Shown: piece by piece, positions 25,539 to 38,775 of the stretch | Layout of the letters: each line of letters begins with the position of its first letter | How positions within the stretch are numbered: position 1 is the first letter of the stretch | Origin: Octopus sinensis | Lineage: Eukaryota | Assembly (NCBI RefSeq): GCF_006345805.1 | Contig: NC_043009.1 | Coordinates: forward strand, 60,636,001-60,700,000 | Direction: 5' to 3' | Length of the DNA stretch: 64,000 nucleotides | Translations under genes and position numbers: made by a program | Notes under the pieces: generated by a model | Told to the model about the DNA's origin: nothing | Database searches by the model: none | The model's input: only the letters and a program-made list of their open reading frames with translations

Positions 25539-25540
<2 letters not shown>
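21241..25540 (+). mobile_element. 5'-truncated Penelope-like retroelement (RT plus C-terminal GIY-YIG; probably Hydra clade) with long 3' region and terminal pLTR
   Basis: ADKTGNWY, FIQFDIASYY, MGSSDSAQVTDLVG, GLYKDD, VNFLDVTLDL, IWFNIPFN, CNCRCASECPLQGAC, VIYSCEV, RYYNHRSS, CQLC, LINKRSEFKPSCIH. HHR at 25354-25431; the element ends at (TA)n. Confidence 0.9.
25354..25431 (+). ncRNA. Hammerhead ribozyme in the Penelope 3' pLTR
   Basis: GCGG-CUGAAGA-aGGCC..GGCCc-GAAA-CAUAUG-UA-CCGC. Confidence 0.75.
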
Positions 25541-25605
<65 letters not shown>

Positions 25606-25788
25606 ATATATGTGTGTGTATATGTATGTATGTATATATAATATATATGTGTATATATATGTATATATATATATGTATATATATGTATATATTATATATA
25701 TGTATATATATATATATGTATATATATATGCATATATATGTGTGTGTGTGTATATATATATGTAGTATATATATATTATATGATATAT

Positions 25789-25847
<59 letters not shown>

Positions 25848-25939
25848 ACATAATATATATCAACAATTGAGGGTAAAATTAATTAATCAATTTCACCAAG
25901 TGTTCAGTATGTAAAAGGACCATTTAAGGCGAATTCAAA

Positions 25940-26220
25940 ATATTACATTATATAATTAGGGCTTAGTAAAATAAATTACTTTGCCACATACTGAACTTAG
26001 TAGAAATAGCAGCCCAAAAAATTTTTTTAGCCATTTCTACTACTTAAAGAAAAATTTCTCTCAGATAATGTTTACTTCGTGAGCTGTCTGGAGTAATCAT
26101 TATCTGAGAGAAATTTTTCTTAAGTAGTAGAAATGGCTAAAAAAATTTTTTTGGCTGCTATTTCTACTAAGTTCAGTATGTGGCAAAGTAATTTATTTTA
26201 CTAAGCCTAATTATATAATG

Positions 26221-26226
<6 letters not shown>
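25940..26226. repeat. Near-perfect inverted repeat (~138-bp arms, ~11-nt loop) in (TA)n
   Basis: 25940-26078 is the reverse complement of 26090-26226. The sequence is related to 30545-30930 and 59770-60620. Confidence 0.9.
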
Positions 26227-26277
<51 letters not shown>

Positions 26278-26514
26278 TATATATGTAGTATGTATATAAT
26301 AAAATATTAGGGAAAAATCCAAACTTACAGGGAAAATCAGATTTAGGATTGAATCCAATTTTATAGTAAAATATATTATATTAAATTAGAGATAAAACCA
26401 CTATTAGGCAAATCATACAATGAAAAACTTAAGCCAATACATAAGATTAATTAATTTATATTATTTTAAATATATATCAAAATTATTAAAAATAGATATA
26501 TGTATATATATATG

Positions 26515-26576
<62 letters not shown>

Positions 26577-26620
26577 TGTATGTATGTATGTATGTATGTA
26601 TGTATGTATGTATGTATGTA

Positions 26621-27154
26621 TATGGTGCATCAGTTTCTTTGAGGTCATTTGTATGAATTTTAAAAAAAAAAGTCGTATAACTTATCAAAGAAAAGTTGTA
26701 TTTGAAAAGAAATTAGTAGAGATAATCTTGAGAAGCCTTTTATCACAGCTATTCAACGAATCCATTGTAGCATCAACAGCTGCTTCAATACGGGTCTGGA
26801 AGCCCTGACATGCCCGAATCATTTGGTTATGGAGGACTTGAGAGACTATGATGTATGGTGTTGATTGACCTCTTTCTCTCGACCACGCCTCATGCATAAA
26901 AGTCCAGTGGATTGAGATCTGGTGAGCTACGAGGCTTTGTATCTGGAAGAACATGACCATAGGAATTGACACGCATCCATGCTTTGGTTGTGGGACAATG
27001 CAGAGTTTAACTAGAAGGCGTACGGTCTTCCGTTGCATACTCTCTTTATCCAAACCTCACAATTTTCTCCAGCACTTCGTTGACAGCAATATAAAAAAAA
27101 AGTTAGAAATTAGAACTCTTGAAAGAGGTGCCTTCAAAAAATTGATGCATCCTA
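26621..27154 (-). mobile_element. Internally deleted Tc1/mariner element (maT/DD37D-like)
   Basis: TIRs tatggtgcatcagtttctttgagg / ccttcaaaaaattgatgcatccta. Minus strand gives PRSSPDLNPLDFYA*GVVERE and IRACQGFQTRIEAAVDA. Confidence 0.75.
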
Positions 27155-28104
27155 TATATGTGCGTGTGTGTGTGTGTATACATAGACATACACAAGCACA
27201 CACACACACACTCCCACTCCCACATACGTATTTAAACAATGGTCTTGTATTTACAAAACCCGAATGTTCGACTACTTGTGTGGGAATACACAAAAGGGAG
27301 CGAAGGACTCCGCGTGGGTGGCATAGCATTAAAGCTGACCATATAACGCCCAAATACTCTACGTTTTAGTTGAAACTATCCTCCCAAACTAATCCTACTA
27401 TGTCATTCTCTAGAATAAACAATTACATCATCGAAATCTCAAAGCTGTGTGAAAATGCTTGACTAATTCAAAACAATTTGAATTTTAAAAAAAAGCATTA
27501 TCTTTGAATGAGTAATGTCAATGCTAAAGAGTTGAATTAAGAAAGGGAAATGAAAACATCGTCAAGAAGCAAGTCATTCTGAAATGGTTGTTGACTGGCG
27601 TTGTTTCCCTGCACTTTCCGTTGAGTTGCAAATGAGCAGGCCTTTTATCTTCCACTTGTTTCAGTCATTGGACTGCGGCCATGCTGGAGCACCACCTTGA
27701 AATGTTCATTCGAACAAATCGACCCCAGTACTTACTTTTTTTTTGTTCAAGCCTGGTACTTATTCTAATGGTCACTTTTGTCGAACCGCTAAGTAACAGG
27801 GACATAAACAAACCAACACGTGTTGCCAAGCAGAGGTCGAGGACAAACATAACATAAATACAAAGCCAGACTCCTAGATACACACACACACTATAACTGG
27901 ACAAGCTATACTTGGGCCCTCAACATTACACACTATCCCAAAAAATAGCCTATATGGCACAGCCCACATCCCACGCAGGACACTATCAATTCAATGATAC
28001 AACCCAAACAAAACAATCCACAAACACAAGGCACACTCTATTCAGTAAATATCCAATAAAATAAACAACCACCACAACATGTACTCTACAGGTTCTATAC
28101 CCAA

Positions 28105-29268
28105 CGAAAGATCACTTTGAAGGGTGCAGTTCGATTTTTACAGTGTTTTTTTTTTCAAATCTATAATGAAAGTGATAAAGGAGCATGTTCGGCATATTTT
28201 GCTTAATGAGTTCAATAAAGGCAACAACGCAACGGAAAGTGCAAGGAATACTAATGCAGTGTATGGGGATCGGATAATAAGCGTAGGCCAGTGTCAATGG
28301 TGGTTCCAGAAATTCCGAGCTGGAAACTACAGTCTAGAAGACAAACCTCGTCCTGGAAGATCTGTAGAGCTCGACTAGGACGTCCTGCAAACCCTGATGG
28401 AACAGAACCCCATCGTAACTGTTGGGGAGCTAGCAGTGAAACTTGAATTTGGTCATTCAACCATTCATCGACACCTGAATGCCATCGGAAAAGTGAGCAA
28501 ATTGGGTCAATAGGTTCCTCGCAAACATTCTGAGTGTAATCGCGCGCAGAGAGTGAATGTGTGCTCTTCTTTGCTGTCACTTCACATGAATAAACCTTTT
28601 TTTTTTTTTGGACTGAATAGTGACTGGTGATGAGAAACGGGTTCTCTATAAAAATGTCAAGCGCCGAAAACAGTGGGTAGGAAAAGGAGAAACACCGGTT
28701 CCCCAGGTTAAAGAAGGTATTCATTCACGTAAGGTGTTGTTATCTTTTTGGTAGGATATGAAAGGTTTAGTCCGCTTTGAACTTTTTAAACCCAAACCAA
28801 ACGATAACAAAGATCTACTGCGAGCAGCTTGAACGGCTTAAGTCAGCGCTGGAAGAAAAACAACCATCTTTGGTTTCAAGACGAAAGGTGTTCTTCCATC
28901 AGGATAATGCTCGGTCACATAGAGCGAGGATGACATTCCAAAGGCTGGAGCAGTTTGAATGGGAAACGATGCCCAACCCACCATATTCGCTAGACATTGT
29001 CCCATTTGATTGTCATTTATTCTGTAGTCTTCAAAATCATTTGGGCGGAAAAAATATGAATTCTGTAGACGAGGTCAGAAGAGGACTGGAGGAGTATTTT
29101 TCGTCACAGACAAGTGGATTTTGGAAAAGGGGCCTTACAAGTCTACCAGGTAGATGGAAGAGTATTGTATAAAATGAAGGAGAGTATATTTTAGATTAAA
29201 AAAGAACTTTATATTAATTTTGAAAAATGAAGGTATAAAAAAAACGCATTATTTATGGGATGATCCAA
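28105..29268 (+). mobile_element. Defective mariner transposon (5' TIR missing)
   Basis: MKVIKEHVRHILL..QWWFQKFRAG, IVTGDEK, FHQDNARSH, PPYSLDIVPFD. 3' TIR aaacgcattatttatgggatgatccaa followed by TA. Confidence 0.88.
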
Positions 29269-29278
29269 TATATATATG

Positions 29279-29336
<58 letters not shown>

Positions 29337-29468
29337 TACATGTGTGTGTGTGTTGTGTACATCTGAATTATATATATATATATAGTAATATATATATATT
29401 GATATATATATATATATAGATAGATAGATAGATAGATACATACATACATACATACATACATACATACA

Positions 29469-29560
<92 letters not shown>

Positions 29561-29561
<1 letters not shown>

Positions 29562-29762
29562 CGGAGACATGTGTGCGTCTGTACAAGTATGTACATAACT
29601 TGAGTAGTAGTAAATTTTTTATGCGTAGACAGAAGCTACCAACAACAGTGTGTAATAACAGAATATGCTATGAAGAATTCACAAGTGTATGGCCATCGAG
29701 GTTGTTCTTTTACCTCCCCATCGCCAATTGTTATCAAAATGCGTGCGCGCAACGAAACTGTG

Positions 29763-29835
<73 letters not shown>

Positions 29836-29985
29836 TATATATATACATGGCCACACACTCGTGAATTCTTTATGGCATATTCTGTAATTACACACTGTTG
29901 TTGGGAGCTTACTTATTTACGCATAAAAATATTTTCTACTACTCAAATTATGTACATACTTGTACAGACGCACACATGTCTCCGT
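29561..29985. repeat. Inverted repeat (~135-bp arms) enclosing a (TA)n tract
   Basis: 29561-29696 is the reverse complement of 29847-29985. Confidence 0.85.
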
Positions 29986-30126
29986 CACAACTACCTCGAA
30001 CACACAAGTGCAAACAAGGGAGTCAGAGAAAGGCAGAATGCCACTTAAATCTGAACACTACTATAGAAATATTCTTTTAAAAAAACTTTTCTTCTAATTT
30101 TTCTAAATTTAATCATTTAATCGTTA

Positions 30127-30164
30127 CAGTTGAAAAGGTCTCAAAATGACCGAAACCGGTACTG
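30127..30164 (+). ncRNA. Minimal hammerhead ribozyme, U3:A8 variant
   Basis: CAG-UUGAAAA-GGUC-ucaaaau-GACC-GAAA-CCGG-UA-CUG. Confidence 0.7.
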
Positions 30165-30217
30165 AAATGTTCACTATAAAATTATTTTAGCATTTTCTAT
30201 TTTTTACTTGTTTTTTC

Positions 30218-30291
<74 letters not shown>

Positions 30292-30706
30292 TTAGGAAAA
30301 ATGGAAGTTGAAAATGCACTGAGAATGGTTGAGACATTTTTTAAAGTATTTCAACTATTCCCAGTGCATTTTCAAACTTCTATTTTTTCTACATTTCTAC
30401 AAGTGTGGGATAAAATAATTGTGTGTGTGTGTGCGTTTATTTAATACATACATCCATCCATGCATGTGTGTGCGTGTGTGCGTCTGTGTGTGTGTGTGCG
30501 TGTGGTGTGTGTGTGTGTGTGAAAATTTTATAATTATGAGCATAATTATAATTAGGGTTCAGCAAAATTTGCTTCACCACATACCGAAATTTAGAAATAG
30601 CAGTTAAACTACTATTCTACTACCATAAAATATTTCCCAGACAACAATACTCTACAACTCACGCAAGTAAAAAGAAAAAAATAACGAATCCACCAGGCTT
30701 TTATTA

Positions 30707-30789
30707 ACTACATACGCGTTTCGGGGTTAAAGAGATGTAAAAATATGTAAATCATATTTCTATTCACTTATTCCCTTCCTCAGTGCAAT
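30707..30789 (-). ncRNA. Hammerhead ribozyme in pLTR fragment 30545-30930
   Basis: AUUGCA-CUGAGGA-aGGG..CCCc-GAAA-CGCG-UA-UGUAGU. Confidence 0.7.
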
Positions 30790-30944
30790 ATTTCAAGTTT
30801 TAAAGTTGAGAGCACTGATAATTAAAAAATTTTTGTATAAGTTTACCGATAATGGTTCTTTTAATATACCGAACTACTTGGTAAAATTGTTAATTATTAA
30901 TTGATTAATTAATTTTACTCTTTATTATTATTGATATATATATA

Positions 30945-31457
30945 CTAGCAGTATCGCCCGGCGTTGCTCGGGTTTGTAAGGGAAATAACTATATAAGCAT
31001 TTTTAGAGAGTTACTTTCCTTATAGATGCCAATTCGGGCTTTCTTAGCCATTTCTGTTTTGGTGTCTTCAAGCCATGAAGTCGTTGTTCTAAAAGAACAC
31101 TGGTCTCCTTGACAACGCTTTACGACGTTGATTTCCTTACACTCCCTTCCCCACAGCTTCACGAGGGAGGGAAGAAGGGGGAGAAGCAAGCAGGTGCAGG
31201 TGTGACCATGGACGCCAACTCCGCCGCCATCGATACACGAAAAATTATGCATTAAAATGGAATAAAAAATTATGTTAAATTATTTTTAAAATCGTAGACT
31301 CATCGTAGACGCGCGCTAATACTCAGACGGGCTCGATATGAATCACGACTATAAGATACCCGAATTTGGTTAAACTGCACTGCAAAATGTGGGAATAGTT
31401 AGGAATCTAAATCGAAGGGGACAGACACTCACACAACTACAGTTTTATATATATAGA
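30945..31457 (-). mobile_element. Non-autonomous Helitron copy 3
   Basis: Same termini. It shares its 5' half with copy 2 but has a different internal segment. Confidence 0.85.
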
Positions 31458-31910
31458 TATATATCTTATTATTTACTTTCTCAGTCATTAGACTGCGGCC
31501 ATGCTAGGGCACCGCCTTGAAGAATTTTTAGTCGAATGGATCAACTTCAGTAGTTATTCATTCTATCGGTTTCTTTTGCCGAACTTCAAAGTTACGAGAA
31601 CGTAAACACACCGGTTGTCATGCGGTAATGGGGGGGGGAAGCACAGACACAAAAACACAAACACACACAAATACACACACACACATATACGCATAAATAT
31701 ATAAATGTATATAAGTATAAATTGTCTGTGGTGGTGTACAAAGATATTATTTATTAAGAAAAAGGGAGGCAGTCAGAATTTTGGATAATCTGGCAATGCC
31801 GCTTTCGTTCGTTCACAAACTCGTCAAAACAAAATCAAGAATTTTGTCTTGAATTCGTAAACGAACTAAAGCGCTAATAACGAATTATCCAAAATTCTGA
31901 CTCCTTCGTT

Positions 31911-31941
<31 letters not shown>

Positions 31942-32070
31942 CTTTCTCTCTATCTCTCTCTCTCTCTCTCTATCTCTATCTCTATCTATCTATCTATCTA
32001 TCTCTCTCTATCTATCTATCTATCTATCTATCTCTGTCTCTCTCTCTCTCTATCTGTCTATCTATCTCTG

Positions 32071-32102
<32 letters not shown>

Positions 32103-32157
32103 TCTATCTATCTCTATCTGTCTCTCTCCTCTCTCTCTCTCTCCTCTCTCTCTCTCT

Positions 32158-32193
<36 letters not shown>

Positions 32194-32509
32194 TATATAT
32201 ATATAATATATATATATATATAATATATATGCGTCTGTGCGTGTGTCTGGTAAGAAGCTTGCTTATCAACCACATGGTTCTAGTATCTTCTGCTATAATC
32301 TCAGGCTGACCAAAGCCTTTTGAGTGGATTTGGTAGACGGAAACTGAAAGAAGCCCGTCGTATATACATATATATATATACAGAATTAAGAGACAGAACC
32401 TCCATCAAAGTAATTCAATTAATAGTGAAAGATATCTATAATTAAATATAAATTTTTAAATATTGATATTGTACTAAAAATTACCATACTAAATAATACA
32501 CATTAAATC

Positions 32510-32616
32510 GACTACGCACGTTTCGTGACGATAAATTCAAACCGACAATATCAAAATCGATAATCTCAAAAATTAATATTAATTCGATCCAACTATACAT
32601 AGCCACTCTTCAGGTC
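32510..32616 (-). ncRNA. Hammerhead ribozyme with a large loop II
   Basis: GAC-CUGAAGA-GUGGC..(~75 nt)..GUCAC-GAAA-CGUGCG-UA-GUC. Confidence 0.6.
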
Positions 32617-32701
32617 TAAACAACATAAAATAAATTTACAACATAAATGAAAATATTATAATTAAACTATACATTTAGAAATAATCGATAAAATATAGCA
32701 G

Positions 32702-32745
<44 letters not shown>

Positions 32746-32835
32746 TTCTCAGATCCTTAAACAGTCACTCCCGCTGGCAGTGGTATGTCTTAGGGAAGGA
32801 AAAATTTATAAAAAGAATTTTTTTTCTCTGCGAAC

Positions 32836-33285
32836 AGATCTGATTTTGATTAGTCAAAAAATTGATGACGTTTTACCTCAGTAGTCAAGCTTGTCGCCAT
32901 GCTTGATTGGTTTCTCTACAAGATACAGTTATGGGTCAGGTCTAATTCTGATTCGTTAAAAATTTGATGACGTTTTTCTTCCGTGGTCAAACTAACCAGG
33001 ATACAATTATGGGTCAGATCTGACTTTGATTCGCTAAAAAATTGATGACGTTTTTCTTCCGTGGTCAAACTAGCCACCTAACAGGATACAATTATGGGTT
33101 AGATCTAATTTTGATTCGCTAAAAAATTGATGACGTTTTTCTTCCGTGGTCAAACTAGCCACCTAACAGGATACAATTATGGGTTAGATCTAATTTTGAT
33201 TCGCTAAAAAATTGATGACGTTTTTCTTCCGTGGTCAAACTTGTCGTTCTGCTTGGCTGGTTTCCTAAACAGGATACAGTTGGGG
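32836..33285. repeat. Minisatellite of 5 units, ~78-100 bp each
   Basis: Repeated agatct..gattcgctaaaaa(a)ttgatgacgtttttcttccgtggtcaaact..ggatacaattatggg. Confidence 0.9.
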
Positions 33286-33775
33286 GTCTTTTCCTTATAA
33301 TCGTTGAAGCTTGACTTTGATTGGTTTGGAATTATATGACGTCAGTGAACAGTGCCAGAGACACAGCTACTACTGACTTAACTGATATAAACCCAACAAT
33401 CACAAGTTGACCAAAATTACGGCAACGAAGAATCACTACAGTTGCTCCCATCGGAACACAAGGTAAAATCTATAATGATCTCCTGCACTACACTTGACAA
33501 AACAGTACGGAACGACTTACACCTTATAATATATTTTTCGCCTTTTCAAGAACATGGATTCTATTGAATGTATATAGCATAGACTCTATTGAATGTATGA
33601 AACAATTATGAACTATTCCATTATACTCTTTATTATAAAAAAATTATTTTTAATAAGGTTCGTTACTTCAAGAACCGAAACATGTAAAAATTAAAATTTA
33701 TCTAATATAGTGGAATTTTCAAACTTCTTTTTTTACAAATATATACCCACTCGTATACGATCTAATCTTATTATA

Positions 33776-33808
<33 letters not shown>

Positions 33809-33810
33809 AT

Positions 33811-33862
<52 letters not shown>

Positions 33863-33916
33863 AATTTACTTGGAAATGGATGCGTGGCGTTCAATTAAAT
33901 AATATATATATACATA

Positions 33917-33959
<43 letters not shown>

Positions 33960-33966
33960 TATAATA

Positions 33967-34002
<36 letters not shown>

Positions 34003-34309
34003 TGTATGTATATGCATACATTTCTGAGTACAGGACGTTCGTTACCAACAGTAAAAACATGAAGTACGAAAACAATTGAGTTAAATGCGCAAAGAATGAG
34101 AGAAAATGGGAAACAGGACAAGTAACACAAAAAACGACCCTTCATGAGTTGTCAGCTGTCTATCTACTCTTCATTTCGAGCATTCAATGAGAATATGAGT
34201 CTTCGAAGACAGTTGCTCCATAAATTCCAAAATATAATTTTGGATTTTATGGAGGGTCAAAGTTGTGAACAAAAACAGGACAGTGGAATCATGCAAGGAA
34301 ACTGAACGA

Positions 34310-34725
34310 AAACTGACATGGAGAGTCGTTAGACTAGAAGGAGGGGGAGATAGTGAACGCTGTGAGAAATATTTTCTTTGAAACGAGAAAAAATAGAAGA
34401 GAGAGATAGAAGACTCCAGTCCTTAGAATGTCCGTGCAGGAAGAGGAAAATGGTCATGTGAGGGAAAGAAAGAGGGACGATGGTCACGTGTGAGCAACGA
34501 GAGGGAGAGAGAGAGACACACAGAAAGAGAGAGAGAGAAAACGGTGAAGGGGAGAAAAAGGAAACCGAACATAAACAAACATGGAGTGTCGTTAGACCAG
34601 AACGAAAAGAAAATAGTGAACGCTGGGAGAAATATTTTCATTAAAAAGAGAACAGATAGAGATAGATATCCAGTCCTTAGTACATCGTGCAGGAAAAGAA
34701 AGATGGTCACGTGTGAGAAAGAATA
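34310..34725. repeat. Locally duplicated purine-rich dispersed repeat (third copy at ~45410-45610)
   Basis: gtcgttagac.agaa..atagtgaacgctg.gagaaatatttt..ccagtccttag..atggtcacgtgtgag repeated. Confidence 0.7.
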
Positions 34726-35359
34726 AACAGATAAATATATATATGCATATACAACGAGCTTCCTTCAGCTATCAAATCCACTCGCAAGGATGACGTCGGC
34801 CCAAGGATACAGTAGAAGACACTTGCCCAAGGTGCTACGCAATGGGACTGAACCAGGAACTATGTTGTTGGGAAACAAGCTTCTTACCACAGTGCCACGC
34901 CTGCGCTTCTGTATATGTATGTATATTTCTATAGTGTTTGTATTTCTGTAAACAGATGTAGACACGCATGCATATTTGCTGACAAAACTGTATTCTACAA
35001 TAATTGTCAGCGTGGTAGGTAAGGGTGTGAGCCATTTTGTTTTGTATTATTATCGTAAATTAAACCGGATGCCTTTAGATCCAGAACAAACGACTTGTTT
35101 TTAACTTCCTTCATTAGAATTCCCGCGTAAGCAACACCATTTCCCCCGGCAGTTCTTGTATGAAACCAATTCTTCCTTACTCCACCCTTTTCGCCTCACC
35201 GCAGTGTGTACGTCTCTCTGTGTCTACATGCGTATCACTGTGTCTGTGTTAATGTGTGTATCGCTTGTATGGCGCGACTGTGTGGTGACAACTTCAACAA
35301 CGAACTCATTAAACCAAAGGAGAAAGTCTCTATGCGGTTACTCACACCCTATCGTTAAA

Positions 35360-35439
35360 AAAAAAGAAAGGCAGAAAGGAAGGAAGGAAGAAACAAACAA
35401 ACAAACAAACAAAGAATGAAAGATAGAAAGAAAGAAGGA

Positions 35440-35471
<32 letters not shown>

Positions 35472-35577
35472 GAAAGGGAGGAAGAAAGGAAGAAAGAAGG
35501 AAGGGAGGAAAGAAAGAAAGAAAGGGAGAGAGAGAAAGGAGTGGAGGAGAAAGAAAGAAAGAAGAAAGAAAGAAGGA

Positions 35578-35608
<31 letters not shown>

Positions 35609-35690
35609 GAAGAAAGAAAGAAAGAGAAAGGGAGGGAGAAAGAAGAAAGAAAGAAAGAAAGAATGAAAGAAAGAAAGGAAGGAAGGAAGG
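35360..35690. repeat. (GAAA)n/(GGAA)n polypurine tract
   Basis: Direct reading. Confidence 0.9.
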
Positions 35691-36607
35691 TCATAACGGG
35701 TAATGAAGTGTTGGGTAGCATTCAAGGACTAGAAAACAATCTGTGATGGTCATATTTGGAACGTCTTTGACGATAAATCTACTCGGGAATAAACTGGAAG
35801 GCAAGAACAGTTATTAAATGAGTCTCGCGAGGTGGGGTGGTTGCTAGGGCGTGTGTGGCTGGCCATTGTCCGCGCAACGCCATGGCGGTCATGTCCGCAG
35901 GGCCCGGATGAACACGCCATTTGCCCTGGAAGGCACTACCCCATCCCACCCAATTTCTGCTGCTTAACACGCCCCCCCCCTTGTTTTTTCTTTGTTTCCT
36001 TGTCATCAAGTTGTGATTCAACCTTCATGTAAATAAAACTTAACAGCGACAACAAATTATTATGACTTCAACAGATGTAACAGAAATAGGAACGAGGCCA
36101 CAAATAGGAACGAGGCAACAGAAATAGGAACGAGGTGGGAGCGCAAGACTACGTGATGTCTTGTTTATGGTGCACACCATTATTGTGAGCACCACTACCA
36201 CTACTACCAACACAGTAACAAAAACAACAACTGCTGTGGAGGCGCAATGGCCCAGTCGTTAGAGCAGCGGACTCGCGGGCGTAAGAACGCGGTTTCGATT
36301 CCCAGACCGGGCATTGTGAGTGTTTATTGAGCAAACACACCTAAGCTCCACGTGGTGGTGAATCCCGCTGTACTCTTTCACTACAACTTTCGCTCATTCT
36401 TTCTTCCTACTTCTGCCACAAAGCAGAGGAACCATGGTGTAACCCACTATGGTGTGGTAAACTTTCAGAACCTAGTCTTGATTGCGAATCCTCTGTGCCC
36501 CAGGATGGTTCAGATCTCCACCCTTTAAAAAATTCCACCGTTTACGGAATGAGGATAACAACGTAACTTTCGCGCCCGTGCAACCGCCAGTCTATCGCAT
36601 GTGGTGG

Positions 36608-37390
36608 TTTCTTCTTGAGACAGCATTCACCCGTGGTGGGTTGAGCTGGCTTCATTCATCCTCGGTGCTGAATCTCTCACAAAAGCCGACCAGGCCTGGC
36701 GATTTGAGGCTAACGACCGCGTGATCTCCAACCACTCCCTATTCTGGCAGGATATGGGGGCCTAGATTAGGTCCCAGATCAGCCTTGACTGTCATCAGCC
36801 AGGTTTTTCGTTGTCCACCACATCGCTTTCGCCAACCCTGAAGGGGAGCTGGGGCAATTGCTTCGTAGATGAATTCTCCTGGTTGACGACGGAGGGCATG
36901 ACCCAGCCAACGCAGACGTCTCGTTAGGATGACTTGTCGGAGGGAGATGATTTTGCACTTGTATCGCATCGAATTGTTGGAGACAAAGTGATGCCATCGG
37001 ATACGAAGGATACGGCGTAGACAGAGGTGATCGAAGGATTCTAGTCGCTTAATATCTTCCAACCTTATCGGCCATGACTCGCTGCCGTAAAGGAGAATCG
37101 TTCGCACTAGTACTTGGTAGATCCGTACTTTGGTGGTGCGTCGGATCTCAGATCTTGACCAGAGTCGTGCATTGAGTCGGTTGAAGGCTTGGCGAGCGAG
37201 GTCGATTCGTATTTTAATATCAGCCTCACCTTGACCTGTGGCTGTAATGATGGCGCCAAGGTATTTAAAATTCTCAACCTCTTCAAGAATATCACCATTG
37301 AGGACAATGGGTGTTTTGTCTGGTGGGGTGAAGTCGGCTGTGAGAATTTTGGTCTTCGAGGCATTGATTTTCATACCAATTTTCCACATT
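36608..37390 (-). mobile_element. 5'-truncated RTE-clade LINE (RT end and C-terminus)
   Basis: GMKINASKTKIL..EEVENFKYLG..ILLYGSESW..LRRILRIRW..RRLRWLGHALR, open for ~215 codons. Confidence 0.9.
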
Positions 37391-37465
37391 ATTAATAACA
37401 TAATAATAACAAACTACTAATGATTAAAGTAATCCACAAATTTGATAATTTGATTGTGGTGTGGA

Positions 37466-37832
37466 AGCACTCCGTCGGTTACGACGATGAGGGTTCCGGT
37501 TGATCCGAATCAACGGAACAGCCTGCTCGTGAAATTAACGTGTAAGTGGCTGAGCACTCCACAGACACGTGTACCCATAACGTAGTTCTCGGGGATATTC
37601 AGCGTGACACAGAGAGTGACAAGGCCGGCCCTTTGAAATACAGGTACAACAGAAACAAGAGAAAGTTGTGGTGAAAGAGTACAGCAGGGATCACCACCAT
37701 CCCCTGCCGGAGCCTCGTGGAGCTTTAGGTGTTTTCGCTCAATAAACACTCACAACGCCCGGTCTGGGAATCAAAACCGCGATCCTATGACCGCGAGTCC
37801 GCTGCCCTAACCACTGGGCCATTGCGCTCCAC
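37466..37832 (-). mobile_element. SINE family C, full length
   Basis: 10-bp TSD ATTTGATTGT at 37448-37457 and 37834-37843. Confidence 0.85.
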
Positions 37833-38254
37833 TATTTGATTGTAAGACTGAATGTTCTAAACCTTCTCGTTGACTCTCCATGCATTTAAATCAACGACCA
37901 ATAGAAACACACGGCAAGACTTCCGCCCGTTCCCACCCCACAAAATACCATTTTTTTACATTTTTTCGACCCACCTCCTCTTTTTGGCTACGGGGAATAT
38001 GAATCTGCAAAATGATTGGCAAAAATCGGCAATTACCACCTCCACCACCATTTCCTTCCTTTTTTTCACTTTTTTCAGAATTTTTTTTTTTCAAAATATG
38101 CGGGAAAATGCGGAGATTATGATTCTGGAAAAAATTTCCAAAAAATTTTTAAAAATTTTTTTTTTAAGAATTTGCTTTTTTTTTTCCCTAAATATGCAGA
38201 AAAATACGGACATTACGATTCTGACAAAAATTTCAAAACATTTCTGTAGTTACG

Positions 38255-38373
38255 TTTAGGGTGAGAGTTTTAAAGTTAGGGTTAGGGTTTTAGGATTAGG
38301 GCTTTAGGGATAGAGTTATGGTTTTAGGATTAGGGTTAAGGTTTTAGGGTTAGGGTTTGAGGGTTAGGGTTAG
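38255..38373 (+). repeat. Degenerate (TTAGGG)n interstitial telomere-like array
   Basis: Multiple ttaggg/ttagga/tgaggg units. Confidence 0.8.
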
Positions 38374-38775
38374 TGTTGGGGAAAAAGTCAAAATTTAAGA
38401 ATTTGGGAGGGGGAAAGGGGGCAATTTCACAATGGACAATCTTCCTGAACCTCCGTATCTGAAAACGGGGTTTTGGGCAAAAAATTTTATTAAATAAACA
38501 AATTTGGGAGAAAATGGTTATTACATGGTTCCATCTTCTAAAAACCAAAAACTCATATCCTTTATATACACACGCTGATATATGACCTAAGTTGGACTCC
38601 TTATTCGCATAATCACCGAACCTGGAACTTAACTATGGTCTATCCATAGCACTTACTCAGCATTACCTGACACCTTTGGGTTTCACTGACACCACTACCT
38701 CTCATAAACTATATATATATATATATATATATATGAAAGAATGGAGCTGAACGACGAATTAACAAAATTCCTTTA

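Noticed and set aside
32836-33285. CRISPR-like or C/D snoRNA-like array
   Set aside because: No unique spacers or cas genes in this eukaryotic context. The D box CTGA is not kept in most units.
36078-36136. Three copies of aaataggaacgagg
   Set aside because: A short local tandem duplication with no further structure.
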